DNA of 64,000 nucleotides, taken from Eledone cirrhosa (taxonomy: Eukaryota). Position 1 is the stretch's first letter. Each line of letters opens with the position of its first letter. Made by a program: the position numbers and the translations under genes. Where the stretch lies: the NCBI GenBank assembly GCA_964016885.1, contig OZ024741.1, positions 152,954,001 through 153,018,000 of the forward strand. The letters run 5' to 3'. The notes under the pieces are model-generated. The model did no database searches, was not told the DNA's origin, and worked only from the letters and a program-made list of their open reading frames with translations. Of the stretch, positions 1 to 13,177 are shown one piece after another.

Positions 1-3000
1 GTGTAGAAGGGGTGGGATTTAGTGGTCAGTAGATGGTGTGGAAGGGGTGGAATGTAGTGGTCAGTAGATGGTGTGGAAGGGGTGGAATGTAGTGGTCAGT
101 AGATGGTGTGGAAGGGGTGGAATGTAGGGGTCAGTAGATGGTGTGGTAGGGGTGTAATGTAGGGGTCAGTAGATGGTGTGAAAGAGGTGGAATGTAGGGG
201 TCAGTAGATGGTGTGGAAGGGGTGTAATGTAGGGGTCAGTAGATGGTGTGGAAGGGGTGTAATGTAGAGGTCAGTAGATGGTGTGGAAGGGGTGTAATGT
301 AGGGGTCAGTAGATGGTGTGGAAGGGGTGGAATGTAGTGGTCAGTTGATGGTGTGGAAGGGGTGTAATGTAGGGGTCAGTAGATGGTGAGGAAGGGGTGT
401 AATGTAGGGGTCAGTAGATGGTGTGGAAGGGGTGGAATGTAGGGGTCAGTAGATGGTGTGGAAGGGGTGTAATGTAGGGGTCAGTAGATGGTGTGGAAGG
501 GGTGGAATGTAGGGGTCAGTAGATGGTGTGGAAGGGATGGAATGTAGGGGTCAGAAGATGGTGAGGAAGGGGTGTAATGTAGGTTCAGTAGATGGTGTGG
601 AAGGGGTGTAATGTAGGGGTCAGTAGATGGTGAGGAAAGGGTGTAATGTAGGGGTCAGTAGATGGTGTGGAAGGGGTGGAATGTAGGGGTCAGTAGATGG
701 TGTGGAAGGGGGGTAATGTAGGGGTCAGTAGATGGTGTGGAAGGGTTGGAATGTAGGGGTCAGTAGATGGTGTGGAAGGGGTGTAATGTAGGGGTCAGTA
801 GATGGTGTGGAAGAGGTGGAATGTAGGGGTCAGTAGATGGTGTGGAAGGGCTGCAATGTAGGGGTCAGTAGATGGTGTGGAAGGGGTGGAATGTAATAGT
901 CACTAGATGGTGTGGAAGGGGTGGAATGTAGGGGTCAGTAGATGGTGTGGAAGGGGTGGAATGTAGTGGTCAGTAGATGGTGTGGAAGGGGTGTAATGTA
1001 GGGGTCAGTAGATGGTGTGGAAGGGGTGGAATGTAGGGGTCAGTAGATGGTGTGGAAGGGGCGTAATGTAGGGGTCAATTGATGGTGTGGAAGGGATGTA
1101 ATGTAGGGGTCAGTAGATGGTGTGGAAGAGGTGCAATGTAGGGGTCAGTAGATGGTGTGGAAGGGGTGTAATGTATTGGTCAGTAGATGGTTTGGAAGGG
1201 GTGTAATGTAGTGGTCAGTAAATGGTGTGGAAGGGGTGGGATGTAGTGGTCAGTAGATGGTGTGGAAAGGGTGAAATGTAGTGGTCAGTAGATGGTGTGG
1301 AAGGGGTGGAATATAGGGGTCAGTAGATGGTGTGGAAGGGGTGGAATGTAGTGGTCAGTAGATGGTGTGGAAGTGGTGTAATGTAGGGGTCAGTAGATGG
1401 TGAGAACGGGGTGGAATGTAGGGGTCAGTAGATGGTGTGGTAGGGGTGTAATGTAGGGGTCAGTAGATGGTGTGAAAGAGGTGGAATGTAGGGGTCAGTA
1501 GATGGTGTGGAAGGGGTGTAATGTAGGGATCAGTAGATGGTGTGGAAGGGGTGGAATGTAGGGGTCAGTAGATGGTGAGGAAGGGGTGTAATGTAGGGTC
1601 AGTAGATGGTGTGGAAGGGGTGTAATGTAGGGGTCAGTAGATGGTGTGGAAGGGGTGGAATGTAGGGGTCAGTAGATGGTGAGGAAAGGGTGTAATGTAG
1701 GGGTCAGTAGATGGTGTGGAAGGGGTGGAATGTAGGGGTCAGTAGATGGTGTGGAAGGGGTGGAATGTAGGGGTCAGTAGATGGTGTGGGAGGGGGGTAA
1801 TGTAGGGGTCAGTAGATAGTGTGGAAGGGTTGGAATGTAGGGGTCAGTAGATGGTGTGGAAGGGGTGGAATGTAGCGGTCAGTAGATGGTGTGGAAGGGG
1901 TGTAATATAGGGGTCAGTAGATGGTGTGGAAGGGGTGGAATGTAGGGGTCAGTAGATGGTGTGGAAGGGGTGGAATGTAGGGGTCAGTAGATGGTGTGGA
2001 AGGGGTGGAATGTAGTGGTCAGTAGATGGTGTGGAAGGGGTGGAATGTAGTGGTCAGTAGATGGTGTGGAAGGGGTGGAATGTAGTGGTCAGTAGATGGT
2101 GTGGAAGGGGTGGAATGTAGTGGTCAGTAGATGGTGTGGAATGTAGTGGTCAGTAGATGGTGTGGAAGGGGTGGAATGTAGGGATCAGTAGATGGTGTGG
2201 AAGGGGTGGAATGTAGTGGTCAGTAGATGGTGTGGAAGGGGTGGAATGTAGTGGTCAGTAGATGGTGTGAACGGGGTGGAATGTAGGGGTCAGTAGATGG
2301 TGTGAAAGGGGTGGAATGTAGTGGTCAGTAGATGGTGTGAACGGGGTGGAATGTAGGGGTCAGTAGATGGTGTGGAAGGGGTGGAATGTAGTGGTCAGTA
2401 GATGGTGTGGAAGGGGTGGAATGTAGTGGTCAGTAGATGGTGTGAACGGGGTGGAATGTAGGGGTCAGTAGATGGTGTGGAAGGGGTGTAATGTAGGGGT
2501 CAGTAGATGGTGTGGAAGGGGTGTAATGTAGGGATCAGTAGATGGTGTGGAAGGGGTGGAATGTAGGGGTCAGTAGATGGTGTGGAAGTGGTGTAATGTA
2601 GGGGTCAGTAGATGGTGAGAACGGGGTGGAATGTAGGGGTCAGTAGATGGTGTGGTAGGGGTGTAATGTAGGGGTCAGTAGATGGTGTGAAAGAGGTGGA
2701 ATGTAGGGGTCAGTAGATGGTGTGGAAGGGGTGTAATGTAGGGATCAGTAGATGGTGTGGAAGGGGTGGAATGTAGGGGTCAGTAGATGGTGAGGAAGGG
2801 GTGTAATGTAGGGTCAGTAGATGGTGTGGAAGGGGTGTAATGTAGGGGTCAATTGATGGTGTGGAAGGGGTGTAATGTAGGGTCAGTAGATGGTGTGGAA
2901 GGGGTGTAATGTAGGGGTCAGTAGATGGTGTGGAAGGGGTGGAATGTAGGGGTCAGTAGATGGTGAGGAAAGGGTGTAATGTAGGGGTCAGTAGATGGTG

Positions 3001-6000
3001 TGGAAGGGGTGGAATATAGGGGTCAGTAGATGGTGTGGAAGGGGTGGAATGTAGGGGTCAGTAGATGGTGTGGGAGGGGGGTAATGTAGGGGTCAGTAGA
3101 TGGGGTGGAAGGGTTGGAATGTAGGGGTCAGTAGATGGTGTGGAAGGGGTGGAATGTAGGGGTCAGTAGATGGTGTGGAAGGGGTGTAATATAGGGGTCA
3201 GTAGATGGTGTGGAAGGGGTGGAATGTAGGGGTCAGTAGATGGTGTGGAAGGGGTGGAATGTAGGGGTCAGTAGATGGTGTGAAAGGGGTGGAATGTAGT
3301 GGTCAGTAGATGGTGTGGAAGGGGTGGAATGTAGTGGTCAGTAGATGGTGTGGAAGGGGTGGAATGTAGTGGTCAGTAGATGGTGTGGAAGGGGTGGAAT
3401 GTAGGGGTCAGTAGATGGTGTGGAAGGGGTGGAATGTAGTGGTCAGTAGATGGTGTGGAAGGGGTGGAATGTAGTGGTCAGTAGATGGTATGGAAGGGGT
3501 GTAATGTAGGGGTCAGTAGATGGTGTGGAAGAGGTGGAATGTAGGGGTCAGTAGATGGTGTGGAAGGGCTGGAATGTAGGGGTCAGTAGATGGTGTGGAA
3601 GGGGTGGAATGTAGTGGTCAGTAGATGGTGTAGAAGGGGTGTAATGTAGGGGTCAATTGATGGTGTGGAACGGGTGTAATGTAGGGGTCAGTAGATGGTG
3701 TGGAAGAGGTGTAATGTAGGGGTCAGTAGATGGTGTGGAAGGGGTGGGATGTAGTGGTCAGTAGATGGTGTGGAAGGGGTGGAATGTAGTGGTCAGTAGA
3801 TGGTGTGGAAGGGGTGGAATTTAGTGGTCAGTAGATGGTGTGGAAGGGGTGGAATGTAGGGGTCAGTAGATGGTGTGGAAGGGGTGGAATGTAGTGGTCA
3901 GTAGATGGTGTGGAAGGGGTGGAATGTAGTGGTCAGTAGATGGTATGGAAGGGGTGTAATGTAGGGGTCAGTAGATGGTGTGGAAGAGGTGGAATGTAGG
4001 GGTCAGTAGATGGTGTGGAAGGGCTGGAATGTAGGGGTCAGTAGATGGTGTGGAAGGGGTGGAATGTAGTGGTCTGTAGATGGTGTGGAAGGGGTGTAAT
4101 GTAGGGGTCAATTGATGGTGTGGAAGGGGTGTAATGTAGGGGTCAGTAGATGGTGTGGAAGAGGTGTAATGTAGGGGTCAGTAGATGGTGTGGAAGGGGT
4201 GTAATGTAGTGGTCAGTAGACGGTTTGGAAGGGGTGTAATGTAGTGGTCAGTAAATGGTGTGGAAGGGGTGGGATGTAGTGGTCAGTAGATGGTGTGGAA
4301 GGGGTGGAATGTAGGGGTCAGTAGATGGTGTGGATGGGGTGGAATGTAGTGGTCAGTAGATGGTGTGGAAGGGGTGGAATGTAGTGGTCAGTAGATGGTG
4401 TGGAAGGGGTGAAATGTAGTGGTCAGTAGATGGTGTAGAAGGGGTGGGATTTAGTGGTCAGTAGATGGTGTGGAAGGGGTGGAATGTAGGGGTCAGTAGA
4501 TGGTGTGGAAGGGGTGGAATGTAGTGGTCAGTAGATGGTGTGGAAGGGGTGGAATGTAGTGGTCAGTAGATGGTGTAGAAGGGGTGGGATGTAGTGGTCA
4601 GTAGATGGTGTGGAAGGGGTGGAATGTAGGGGTCAGTAGATGGTGTGGAAGGGGTGGAATGTAGTGGTCAGTAGATGGTGTGGAAGGGGTGGAATGTAGT
4701 GGTCAGTAGATGGTGTGGAAGGGCTGGAATGTAGGGGTCAGTAGATGGTGTGGTAGGGGTGTAATGTAGGGGTCAGTAGATGGTGTGAAAGAGGTGGAAT
4801 GTAGGGGTCAGTAGATGGTGTGGAAGGGGTGTAATGTAGGGATCAGTAGATGGTGTGGAAGGGGTGTAATGTAGGGGTCAGTAGATGGTGAGGAAAGGGT
4901 GTAATGTAGGGGTCAGTAGATGGTGTGGAAGGGGTGGAATGTAGGGGTCAGTAGATGGTGTGGAAGGGGGGTAATGTAGGGGTCAGTAGATGGTGTGGAA
5001 GGGTTGGAATGTAGGGGTCAGTAGATGGTGTGGAAGGGGTGTAATGTAGGGGTCAGTAGATGGTTTGGAAGAGGTGGAATGTAGGGGTCAGTAGATGGTG
5101 TGGAAGGGCTGGAATGTAGGGGTCAGTAGATGGTGTGGAAGGGGTGGAATGTAATAGTCACTAGATGGTGTGGAAGGGGTGGAATGTAGGGGTCAGTAGA
5201 TGGTGTGGAAGGGGTGGAATGTAGTGGTCAGTAGATGGTGTGGATGGGGTGTAATGTAGGGGTCAGTAGATGGTGTGGAAGGGGTGGAATGTAGGGGTCA
5301 GTAGATGGTGTGGAAGGGGCGTAATGTAGGGGTCAATTGATGGTGTGGAAGGGATGTAATGTAGGGGTCAGTAGATGGTGTGGAAGAGGTGCAATGTAGG
5401 GGTCAGTAGATGGTGTGGAAGGGGTGTAATGTATTGGTCAGTAGATGGTTTGGAAGGGGTGTAATGTAGTGGTCAGTAAATGGTGTGGAAGGGGTGGGAT
5501 GTAGTGGTCAGTAGATGGTGTGGAAAGGGTGAAATGTAGTGGTCAGTAGATGGTGTGGAAGGGGTGGAATGTAGTGGTCAGTAGATGGTGTGGAAGGGGT
5601 GGAATATAGGGGTCAGTAGATGGTGTGGAAGGGGTGGAATGTAGTGGTCAGTAGATGGTGTGGAAGGGGTGGAATGTAGTGGTCAGTAGATGGTGTGGAA
5701 GGGGTGTAATGTAGTGGTCAGTAGATGGTATGGAAGGGGTGTAATGTAGGGGTCAGTAGATGGTGTGGAAGAGGTGGAATGTAGGGGTCAGTAGATGGTG
5801 TGGAAGGGCTGGAATGTAGGGGTCAGTAGATGGTGTGGAAGGGGTGGAATGTAGTGGTCAGTAGATTGTGTGGAAGGGGTGGAATGTAGGGGTCAGTAGA
5901 TGGTGTGGAAGGGGTGGAATGTAGTGGTCAGTAGATGGTGCAGAAGGGGTGGGATTTAGTGGTCAGTAGATGGTGTGGAAGGGGTGGAATGTAGTGGTCA

Positions 6001-6347
6001 GTAGATGGTGTGGAAGGGGTGGAATGTAGTGGTCAGTAGATGGTGTGGAAGGGGTGTAATGTAGTGGTCAGTAGATGGTGTGGAAGGGGTGTAATATAGG
6101 GGTCAGTAGATGGTGTGGAAGGGGTGGAATGTAGGGGTCAGTAGATGGTGTGGAAGGGCTGGAATGTAGGGGTCAGTAGATGGTGTGGAAGGGGTGGAAT
6201 GTAGTAGTCACTAGATGGTGTGGAAGGGGTGGAATGTAGGGGTCAGTAGATGGTGTGGAAGGGGTGGAATGTAGGGGTCAGTAGATGGTGTGGAAGGGGT
6301 GGAATGTATGGGTCAGTAGATGGTGTGGAAGGGGTGGAATGTAGTGG
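1..6347. repeat. 35-bp tandem satellite (about 180 copies), consensus GGTCAGTAGATGGTGTGGAAGGGGTGGAATGTAG(G/T); runs off the left edge of the window
   Basis: 35-nt periodicity is directly visible; G-rich, C-poor + strand; diagnostic variants recur in ordered blocks. Confidence 0.97.
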
Positions 6348-6540
6348 GCGAAGAAGAAGAATTATTGATCCATAGATTATCTTTTCATCACAGCCACCAA
6401 CATATCCTACTCTTCGTTAATAGAAAATGTTTATCTCATCAGAATCTCTCAAGAATTAATTATTTTACTGTGTTTATTAGTCATAGATTGAGTTATTGAT
6501 GTTTGGGGGAAATTTTATGTAACTGTGTGTAAGTGTGTAT

Positions 6541-6597
<57 letters not shown>

Positions 6598-6598
6598 A

Positions 6599-6636
<38 letters not shown>

Positions 6637-6644
6637 ACGGATGA

Positions 6645-6717
<73 letters not shown>

Positions 6718-6810
6718 GAGTTATTTGGTGTGTTGATTATTCAACAAAGTTAATTCACAACAAATTAGAAGCACTCAACGAAATTTATCCGTAGTCTCAT
6801 TAATATCCAT

Positions 6811-7001
6811 AATTGTTTCTACGTTAGGCACAAGGCCAGCAAATTACCCAGTACATTACTGGTACTTTATTTTATCGATCCCGTAAGGATGAAAGGCAAA
6901 GTTAACCTCGGCGGGATTTGAACTCAGAATGGCAAGGACCATAACTCTATGCGTGAAAGCATGGCGTCCGACCCTCTACCGATACTGCCAATCCACCGCC
7001 C
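6811..7001 (-). mobile_element. tRNA-derived SINE, family A (about 190 bp; the most abundant repeat in the window)
   Basis: Reverse complement has A-box-like TGGCAGTATCGG, B-box GAGTTCAAATCC, body GCCTTTCATCCTTACGGG.TCGATAAAATAAAGTACC and tail GCCTTGTGCC..AAGTAGAAACAATT; about 20 copies in the window. Confidence 0.85.
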
Positions 7002-7279
7002 TTTAATGGAAAATATCTTTATAAATATGGTTTTATCAAGATATTTTCCATTTAATATTATTCTCAATAATTTATATTTGTATTTATATATATATCTATA
7101 TATATATAGTATGTTAAGGTATCAATACATATTTAATATGCATGATGATCATGTTTCTCAATAAAAAAGGTCAATGGACCTTGGTTCAGAGCATCAATTA
7201 AGTAAATTTAAAATATATCTGTAGAGAGAAAGACGCATATATCAAACGATATATGCTTCTTTCTTTCAATATGTATATA

Positions 7280-7343
<64 letters not shown>

Positions 7344-7574
7344 TAAGGTAATGAATTCTTTTACAATGGAATTAGCTCGAAGGAGGAAAATACCCCCTGA
7401 GCCGTGTATAAACTAATATGTATGTGATGAAACACAGATACCAACACATCTGTATATATATTGCAAAAGAAAAATTTAGCCAGATTGAAGTATACTAATT
7501 ATTATACTACAGTTTGTCCATATCGATTTAAAATAATAAATCAACGAAGACGAACTATATTGCCAAGAGGCTAT

Positions 7575-7702
7575 GATGTTTAGACACATTTAAATTTCAA
7601 AATCAAACCTGTTCCGTAGATAAGTTTAAACTTTAAAATCCAAATATGTTTCGAGTTAAATAAGTGTAGGAATATCATGTCCTGCTCTCCTCAGTAAACA
7701 TC
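7575..7702 (-). ncRNA. Type I hammerhead ribozyme with large stem II and stem III loops
   Basis: Reverse complement: stem I GATGTTTA/TAAACATC, core CTGAGGA, stem II GAG..CTC, GAAA, stem III ACATATTT/AAATGTGT, GUC cleavage triplet. Confidence 0.8.
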
Positions 7703-8100
7703 CCGGGACAAATTGATATGCTTCACTTCTAAATAATTTAAAAGACTGCGTGACGCACATGGTTTTACAGTATCTAACTAGTCTCATAACCGTACTGCTA
7801 GAAATAACAGTCGTATATATGAGGCGGCTTGCAGCTCAAACTAGGAGCAGTTAAATTAATAAGGTAATGAATTCTTTTACAATGGAATTAGCTCGAAGGA
7901 GGAAAATACCCCCTGAGCCGTGTATAAACTAACATGTATGTGATGAAACACAGATACCAACACATCTGTATATATATTGCAAAAGAAAAATTTAGCCAGA
8001 TTGAAGTATACTAATTATTATACTACAGTTTGTCCATATCGATTTAAAATAATAAATCAACGAAGACGAACTATATTGCCAAGAGGCTATGATGTCCCTG

Positions 8101-8228
8101 GATGTTTACTGAGGAGAGCAGGACATGATATTCCTACACTTATTTAACTCGAAACATATTTGGATTTTAAAGTTTAAACTTATCTACGGAACAGGTTTGA
8201 TTTTGAAATTTAAATGTGTCTAAACATC
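8101..8228 (+). ncRNA. Type I hammerhead ribozyme (inverted copy of 7575-7702)
   Basis: gatgttta-ctgagga-gag...ctc-gaaa-catattt...aaatgt-gtc-taaacatc. Confidence 0.8.
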
Positions 8229-8387
8229 ATAGCCTCTTGGCAATATAGTTCGTCTTCGTTGATTTATTATTTTAAATCGATATGGACAAACTGTAGCATA
8301 ATAATTAGTATACTTCAATCTGGCTAAATTTTTCTTTTGCAATATATATACAGATGTGTTGGTATCTGTGTTTCATCACATACATAT

Positions 8388-8420
<33 letters not shown>

Positions 8421-8996
8421 AGAACCGTAGAGCAAATATTTATTAAAATAACAGATTAAATAACAGATTAAAGTTTAACTCCCGTTAAGGGTGAAAGCAG
8501 CGATTCTTTGCTTAAACTTTAATCTGTTATTTTAATAAATATATATATATATGTATATATATAAGCACGGTTGGCAGGGGTCAACCTGCCCAAGTCCACA
8601 CCAGCGGCCGATGACCATGGTGTTCTGTGTCAGTTTGTGTTTGTATTTATTTTTTAAATAATTTCTTAAAGTTTCCCCTTGTGTTTCGTTTTATCTTGTT
8701 TCCGTTCGTTGTTTTGCCCTTTCTTTGTTATTGTTTTAAGTTTATCTAGTAGTGTGGAGAACGTGTTTATCTCTTCTTTCCGAATTTATTGCAATGGCTT
8801 ATATATAAATGTAAGTATGTATACGTACATACATATATGTATACAGACGTACAGTAGTATGTATATACATACATGCACACATATATTGTATATGTACGTA
8901 TGGGTTTTGCCGAACATTTATTATAATGTTCTGTTTGTTTGTAAACAAACAGTCCGAATTAAGCCGTACAGTGCTCGGCAACCATCGTCGCCCTTT

Positions 8997-9082
<86 letters not shown>

Positions 9083-9239
9083 GTTACATTAAATTCTATG
9101 TGAACTTGTCAGCGGCGGTGGAATTGGGGAGGGGGGGGCACCCACGCCCGCCCACTCCATTTATTATATTTTTCTTAGCAAAACACACATCTATTTGTAC
9201 ATGAGCTACAATTTATGTACATGTTATGTAGAGAAAAAT

Positions 9240-9469
9240 CGGAGAGATAGATAGAAAGAGAGGGAGAGTTTGGTGGTAATTGATATAGAGAGGGGGGTTG
9301 GAAAAGAGTACCGTATAGTAGATATAGAGAGGGAGAGAATTTGGTGGTAATTGATATAGAGAGGAGTATTGGAAGAGAGTTCCGTTTAGTAGATATAAAG
9401 AGGGGGAGAGTTTGGGGTTGATTGATATAGAGAGGGGGATTGGAAAATAGTTTCGTGTAGCAGATATAT
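9240..9469. repeat. ~71-bp GA-rich minisatellite (resumes at 15195-15480 after the Tx1; paralogous array at 39600-40290)
   Basis: GAGAGTTTGGTGGTAATTGATATAGAGAGG recurs at ~9264, ~9335 and ~9406. Confidence 0.8.
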
Positions 9470-9728
9470 ATTTCTATTTATTTGCTACCAGGGCATCAAA
9501 GATTGGGACAAATACAAAGCGGGGCGGAGGGGGGGGGGGAGTTTACATACATTTAAAAAGACGTGTAAAAAAAGATATAACAAATTAAATTTAACAATCT
9601 ATGTCTTCAATAGGGAGGGGCGTTGACATGGGTCGCACCCCCCCCCCCCGAAAAAATGTGCAACCCTCCTCTTCAGGAGCACAAAGAGCGGGTGCTTCCT
9701 TCCTCTTCTCATTCTTCTCCTCTCTCAC

Positions 9729-12700
9729 CTACAGGCTGATATAGAGAGAAGGCCCATTCACTCGGGCCATTCTCGCTACTTTCACCCATCTTTCATAAAA
9801 CTTGCTGGGATAGAGTACCTCTCTCTCCATTCTGATCCTTCTTCTAAAGTGGTACTTGAAAAAAAAGACCAGTTGTTGGCCGGAGAGAAAGGTGTCTGAC
9901 CTCAGCCCTTTCAACCTTGTCCACCATACAACTTCTTTCGCCATGGCTATCACACAGAGGAAAACCGCCTCTCCTTCGTTTTTGAAAGAGGGAGGCGGTT
10001 TGATCGTGACAATGTTCTCGGTGGTCAACCGGATTGGTCCCACCCGAGACAGTAGTCGTTCCACATAGCCCCACAGGTCAGCAACGCCCGGGCAGTGTAC
10101 GAATGCGTGTGCGACGGTTTCCTCGTCACGCACGCATCTTGGACAGATCTTCTTCGAGGGGTCCCTACCCGGGCGCCCGTGTCTGTAGAGCTTGTCCCGA
10201 ACGGGTGGAGCTCCTCGGAAACATTGCCAAGCCAGGGACTTTTGGAAGTTGTCCATCGGTCCCGGGCCAAACGTCCTACCGAACAGACTGGCCAGCTCGT
10301 CTTCCTCCATGCCCAGAGCCTCTCCGAGAGCGTCGTCGCACTTACTGCGCACCAACCCTCTATAGAATGTTGAGGTTGAGTCTCCACTGATTGCCGGATC
10401 CGCTTGCCAGAGGGCCGTGAGCGCCTGGGCACATTCAATGTGCCAGTCGCCCACTTTTCTCGGTCTTTGCTTGACCCAGGATTGCAGCTCGGTGAGTGAG
10501 ACGAGTCTCGGAAAGGCTCGCCTCACAAACAGGGCCCACACCGGCTGACCGGTGAGGAATACCTGGAGGTGCCGTAGCCTTAATGCGTGTCTACGCATCG
10601 TCAGCCACGGCAACCCCAGCAGATGGATCTTCTCACCAAAGGAGCCCGCTTCTTCCAAAGAAATCGGAAGAGCGCGCGCTCCATTTTGGCGAGTGTTTTC
10701 TCTGGGCAAGGCACGACGGTCAAGCGGTAGTAGATGATGGACGCTATATAAGCGTTCGCCACCTCCGCTCGACCTTTCAGGGTTAGTTTGCACTCGGCCC
10801 ACTTCTGGGCGAGTGCAAAGACCTTGCCCGTTACCTCGTCCCAGTTTTTCTCCACCTGGAGGTCCGGTCCGAACCAGACCCCGAGCAGCTTCACCGGTCC
10901 CTCCGTCCAGCGTCCGACGATGCCGTCGGAGGGCATCGTTTTGCCCCTCCACGTCCCGAGTTGCAAACCGACGGACTTGTCCCGGTTCAGCTTGGCTCCT
11001 GTGAACCTTTCATATTCCTCCAGTAAGGTGCCGATCTGCCCGATTTCCGAGGCGCACGACACCATTACTGTCACGTCATCGGCGTAGGCCGACACCGCTT
11101 TCCGCAATCCCGGTTCCAAGGAGATGCCCTGCAACAGCTCCAGCTTCCGCAGTAGTGGCTCGAGAGCCAGGACATACAGGAGGGAGGAGAGAGGGCATCC
11201 CTGTCGAATTGATCGCGTGATTTGGAACGGCTCCGAGAGGTAGCCGTTCACCTTGACCCTCGAGCAGTTGTTGCTGCTGTGCATTGCAGCAATCCAGCCC
11301 CTGAAAACAGGTCCGAAGCCTGCCGCCGCGAGCACCGCATCCAGGTACTGATGGTCAACCCTATCGAACGCCTTAGATTGATCCAAGTTGATCAGGGCCC
11401 CACCAATGTCGGGTTCGTTCCCTACCCTCTCTACGATGTATCGCATGAGGTGGAGGTTGTCGTGTATGGACGGGATTGCGCATGTCTGCGCTTCTCCCAC
11501 CAGGTTCCCCACGACAAGCGCCAACTTCTTCGCTAACAACTTGGCCAAAATCTTTAACTCTGTGTTTAGCAGAGTTATGGGCCTGAAGTTATCTATGTCA
11601 TCCCCCCTTGTTCTCGTCCTTCCTCACCAGCGTGACTACGCCCTTGGTCACAGAACTGGGAATTCTCCCGTTCTGTTGCCAGTTGCAGTAGACCGCTTCC
11701 AGGAGGCCGGAGAACAAGCCCGGCATCGCTACATAAAGTTCGTATGGTAGACCATCGAGACCCGGAGATTTGCGTTTGCCGCATTGGCTCAGCGCTTCCC
11801 CTATTTCAGCGGCTGAAATCGGCCTCTCGAAGGACTTCGCCTCCCCGTTCGAGAGCCGCGCCAGACCGTCGAGGTATGGACCGAAATCCATGGCCCGACC
11901 CGGCCCGCCGCCCCTCCCGAACAGTCGTGCAAAGCGCCGTTGAAAGACCGCGCTCATCCGCTCAGGTTCAAGGATCATGCGTCCATCCTGGTCTTTCAAA
12001 GACCGAATCGTGGTCTTGTTTCCACTTTTTGCCTCTGTCACTCGGGCCCAGCTAACAGCTTTGGCTCCCTCGTTACACAGAGCACGTATTTTACTCCTGA
12101 CAACGCAGCCCTCGTGCTTCGCATCAAAGAACTGGTCTAGGGCCGTTCTTGACGCCAACACGCCGGCCACGTTGCCACTCCTAATCGCCTCTTCTACTCT
12201 ATTTGTTAATTCCCTTCCAGTTCTATTCCTATCTGATGCTAATTCCCGACTAAAACCTATCGATTCTATTCTAATTTCTCTCTTGAGAGAACCCCACCAC
12301 CTGTTGTTGACAATTACCCCCGTCAAACGCTGCTTAACTAGTATGCTAATCCGCTTACTGTAAGCTTTGTTTGTCGGTAAAGACAAGTTTAGCTTCCAGT
12401 AACCGGGTCCCTGTCTATGAGTTCTATCAAGGTTGACCACTCCGGTCACCAACTTGTGATCCGAATAGTCAACCATGAACATTCGTGGACAGCTTAATAT
12501 GTCCCTATCCTTATTTCTAACTAGGAACCTATCTAGGTACGACCTAGATGTTCCGCTGATATTACTCCACGTCCACAGTGACACAGTCGGAAAATCTAGT
12601 CGATATCTATCGGCCAGATCAAATCGGCCGATTAATCGTTTGAGGCTGTTACCCCCCCCCCCCCCCCCCTCTATCGGGACATGCCCCTACATAGTCCCAA

Positions 12701-13135
12701 CGTGCATCCAGGATACCATTCCAGTCCCCCACTAAAAGCAAGGAGCGAGACGTTCCCAGGAAATTCTCCAGGCGTCGGAAGAAGTCCGGTCGCGGGGGCA
12801 TACGCTGCCACCAGCCTGAAAGCTCCACCTTCACCACTGCCGACGTCTAAAACCACCAGTCGACCCTCCGGGTCCAGGTGTACCTTCTGTGTGGCAAGAC
12901 CCAGGTATTTTCGCAGAAGAACGACAACCCCACCCCCACTCCTCGGCTGACAGAGAGATGCGTAGATCTCAAAGTCGTCGAAGATGGGGGCCAGTTGGCG
13001 CTCGCTGCTGATCCTGGACTCGCAAATAACCATTACATCCACTCTGTGCGACCTGAGGTCATTTAAGAGTTTGCCCTGTTTCCAGGACATCCCTAGGCCG
13101 CGTGCATTCACACATCCAACTCTTATATTGGCCAT
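9729..13135 (-). pseudogene. Tx1-like ORF2 (APE endonuclease, reverse transcriptase, zf-RVT), split by several frameshifts
   Basis: Motifs NARGL, GDWN, SYLDRF, SDH, SPGLDGLP, LDQSKAFDRVDH, QGCPLS, YADD and CPRC..ETVAHAFVHC across ORFs 12671-13135, 12649-12837, 11598-12584, 10601-11548 and 9729-10952. Confidence 0.92.
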
Positions 13136-13177
13136 GTTGGTGCTGAAGAGTTAAAAAGGAAGAGGAAAGGAAATTAC

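Larger units (their letters stand above)
7341..8394 (-). mobile_element. Non-coding Penelope-like/retrozyme-like insert: 1.46 tandem copies of a 516-bp unit plus an inverted arm, between (TA)n tracts
   Basis: Direct repeat 7341-7579 = 7857-8095; inverted repeat ~7409-7710 vs ~8093-8394; contains HHR motifs; no ORF. Confidence 0.8.

Noticed and set aside
1-6347. 35-bp array as a CRISPR array or coding repeat
   Set aside because: No unique spacers, eukaryotic context, and the period is not a multiple of 3
6370-6450. CTGATGA...GAAA on the minus strand
   Set aside because: Stem II and stem III do not close; not an HHR
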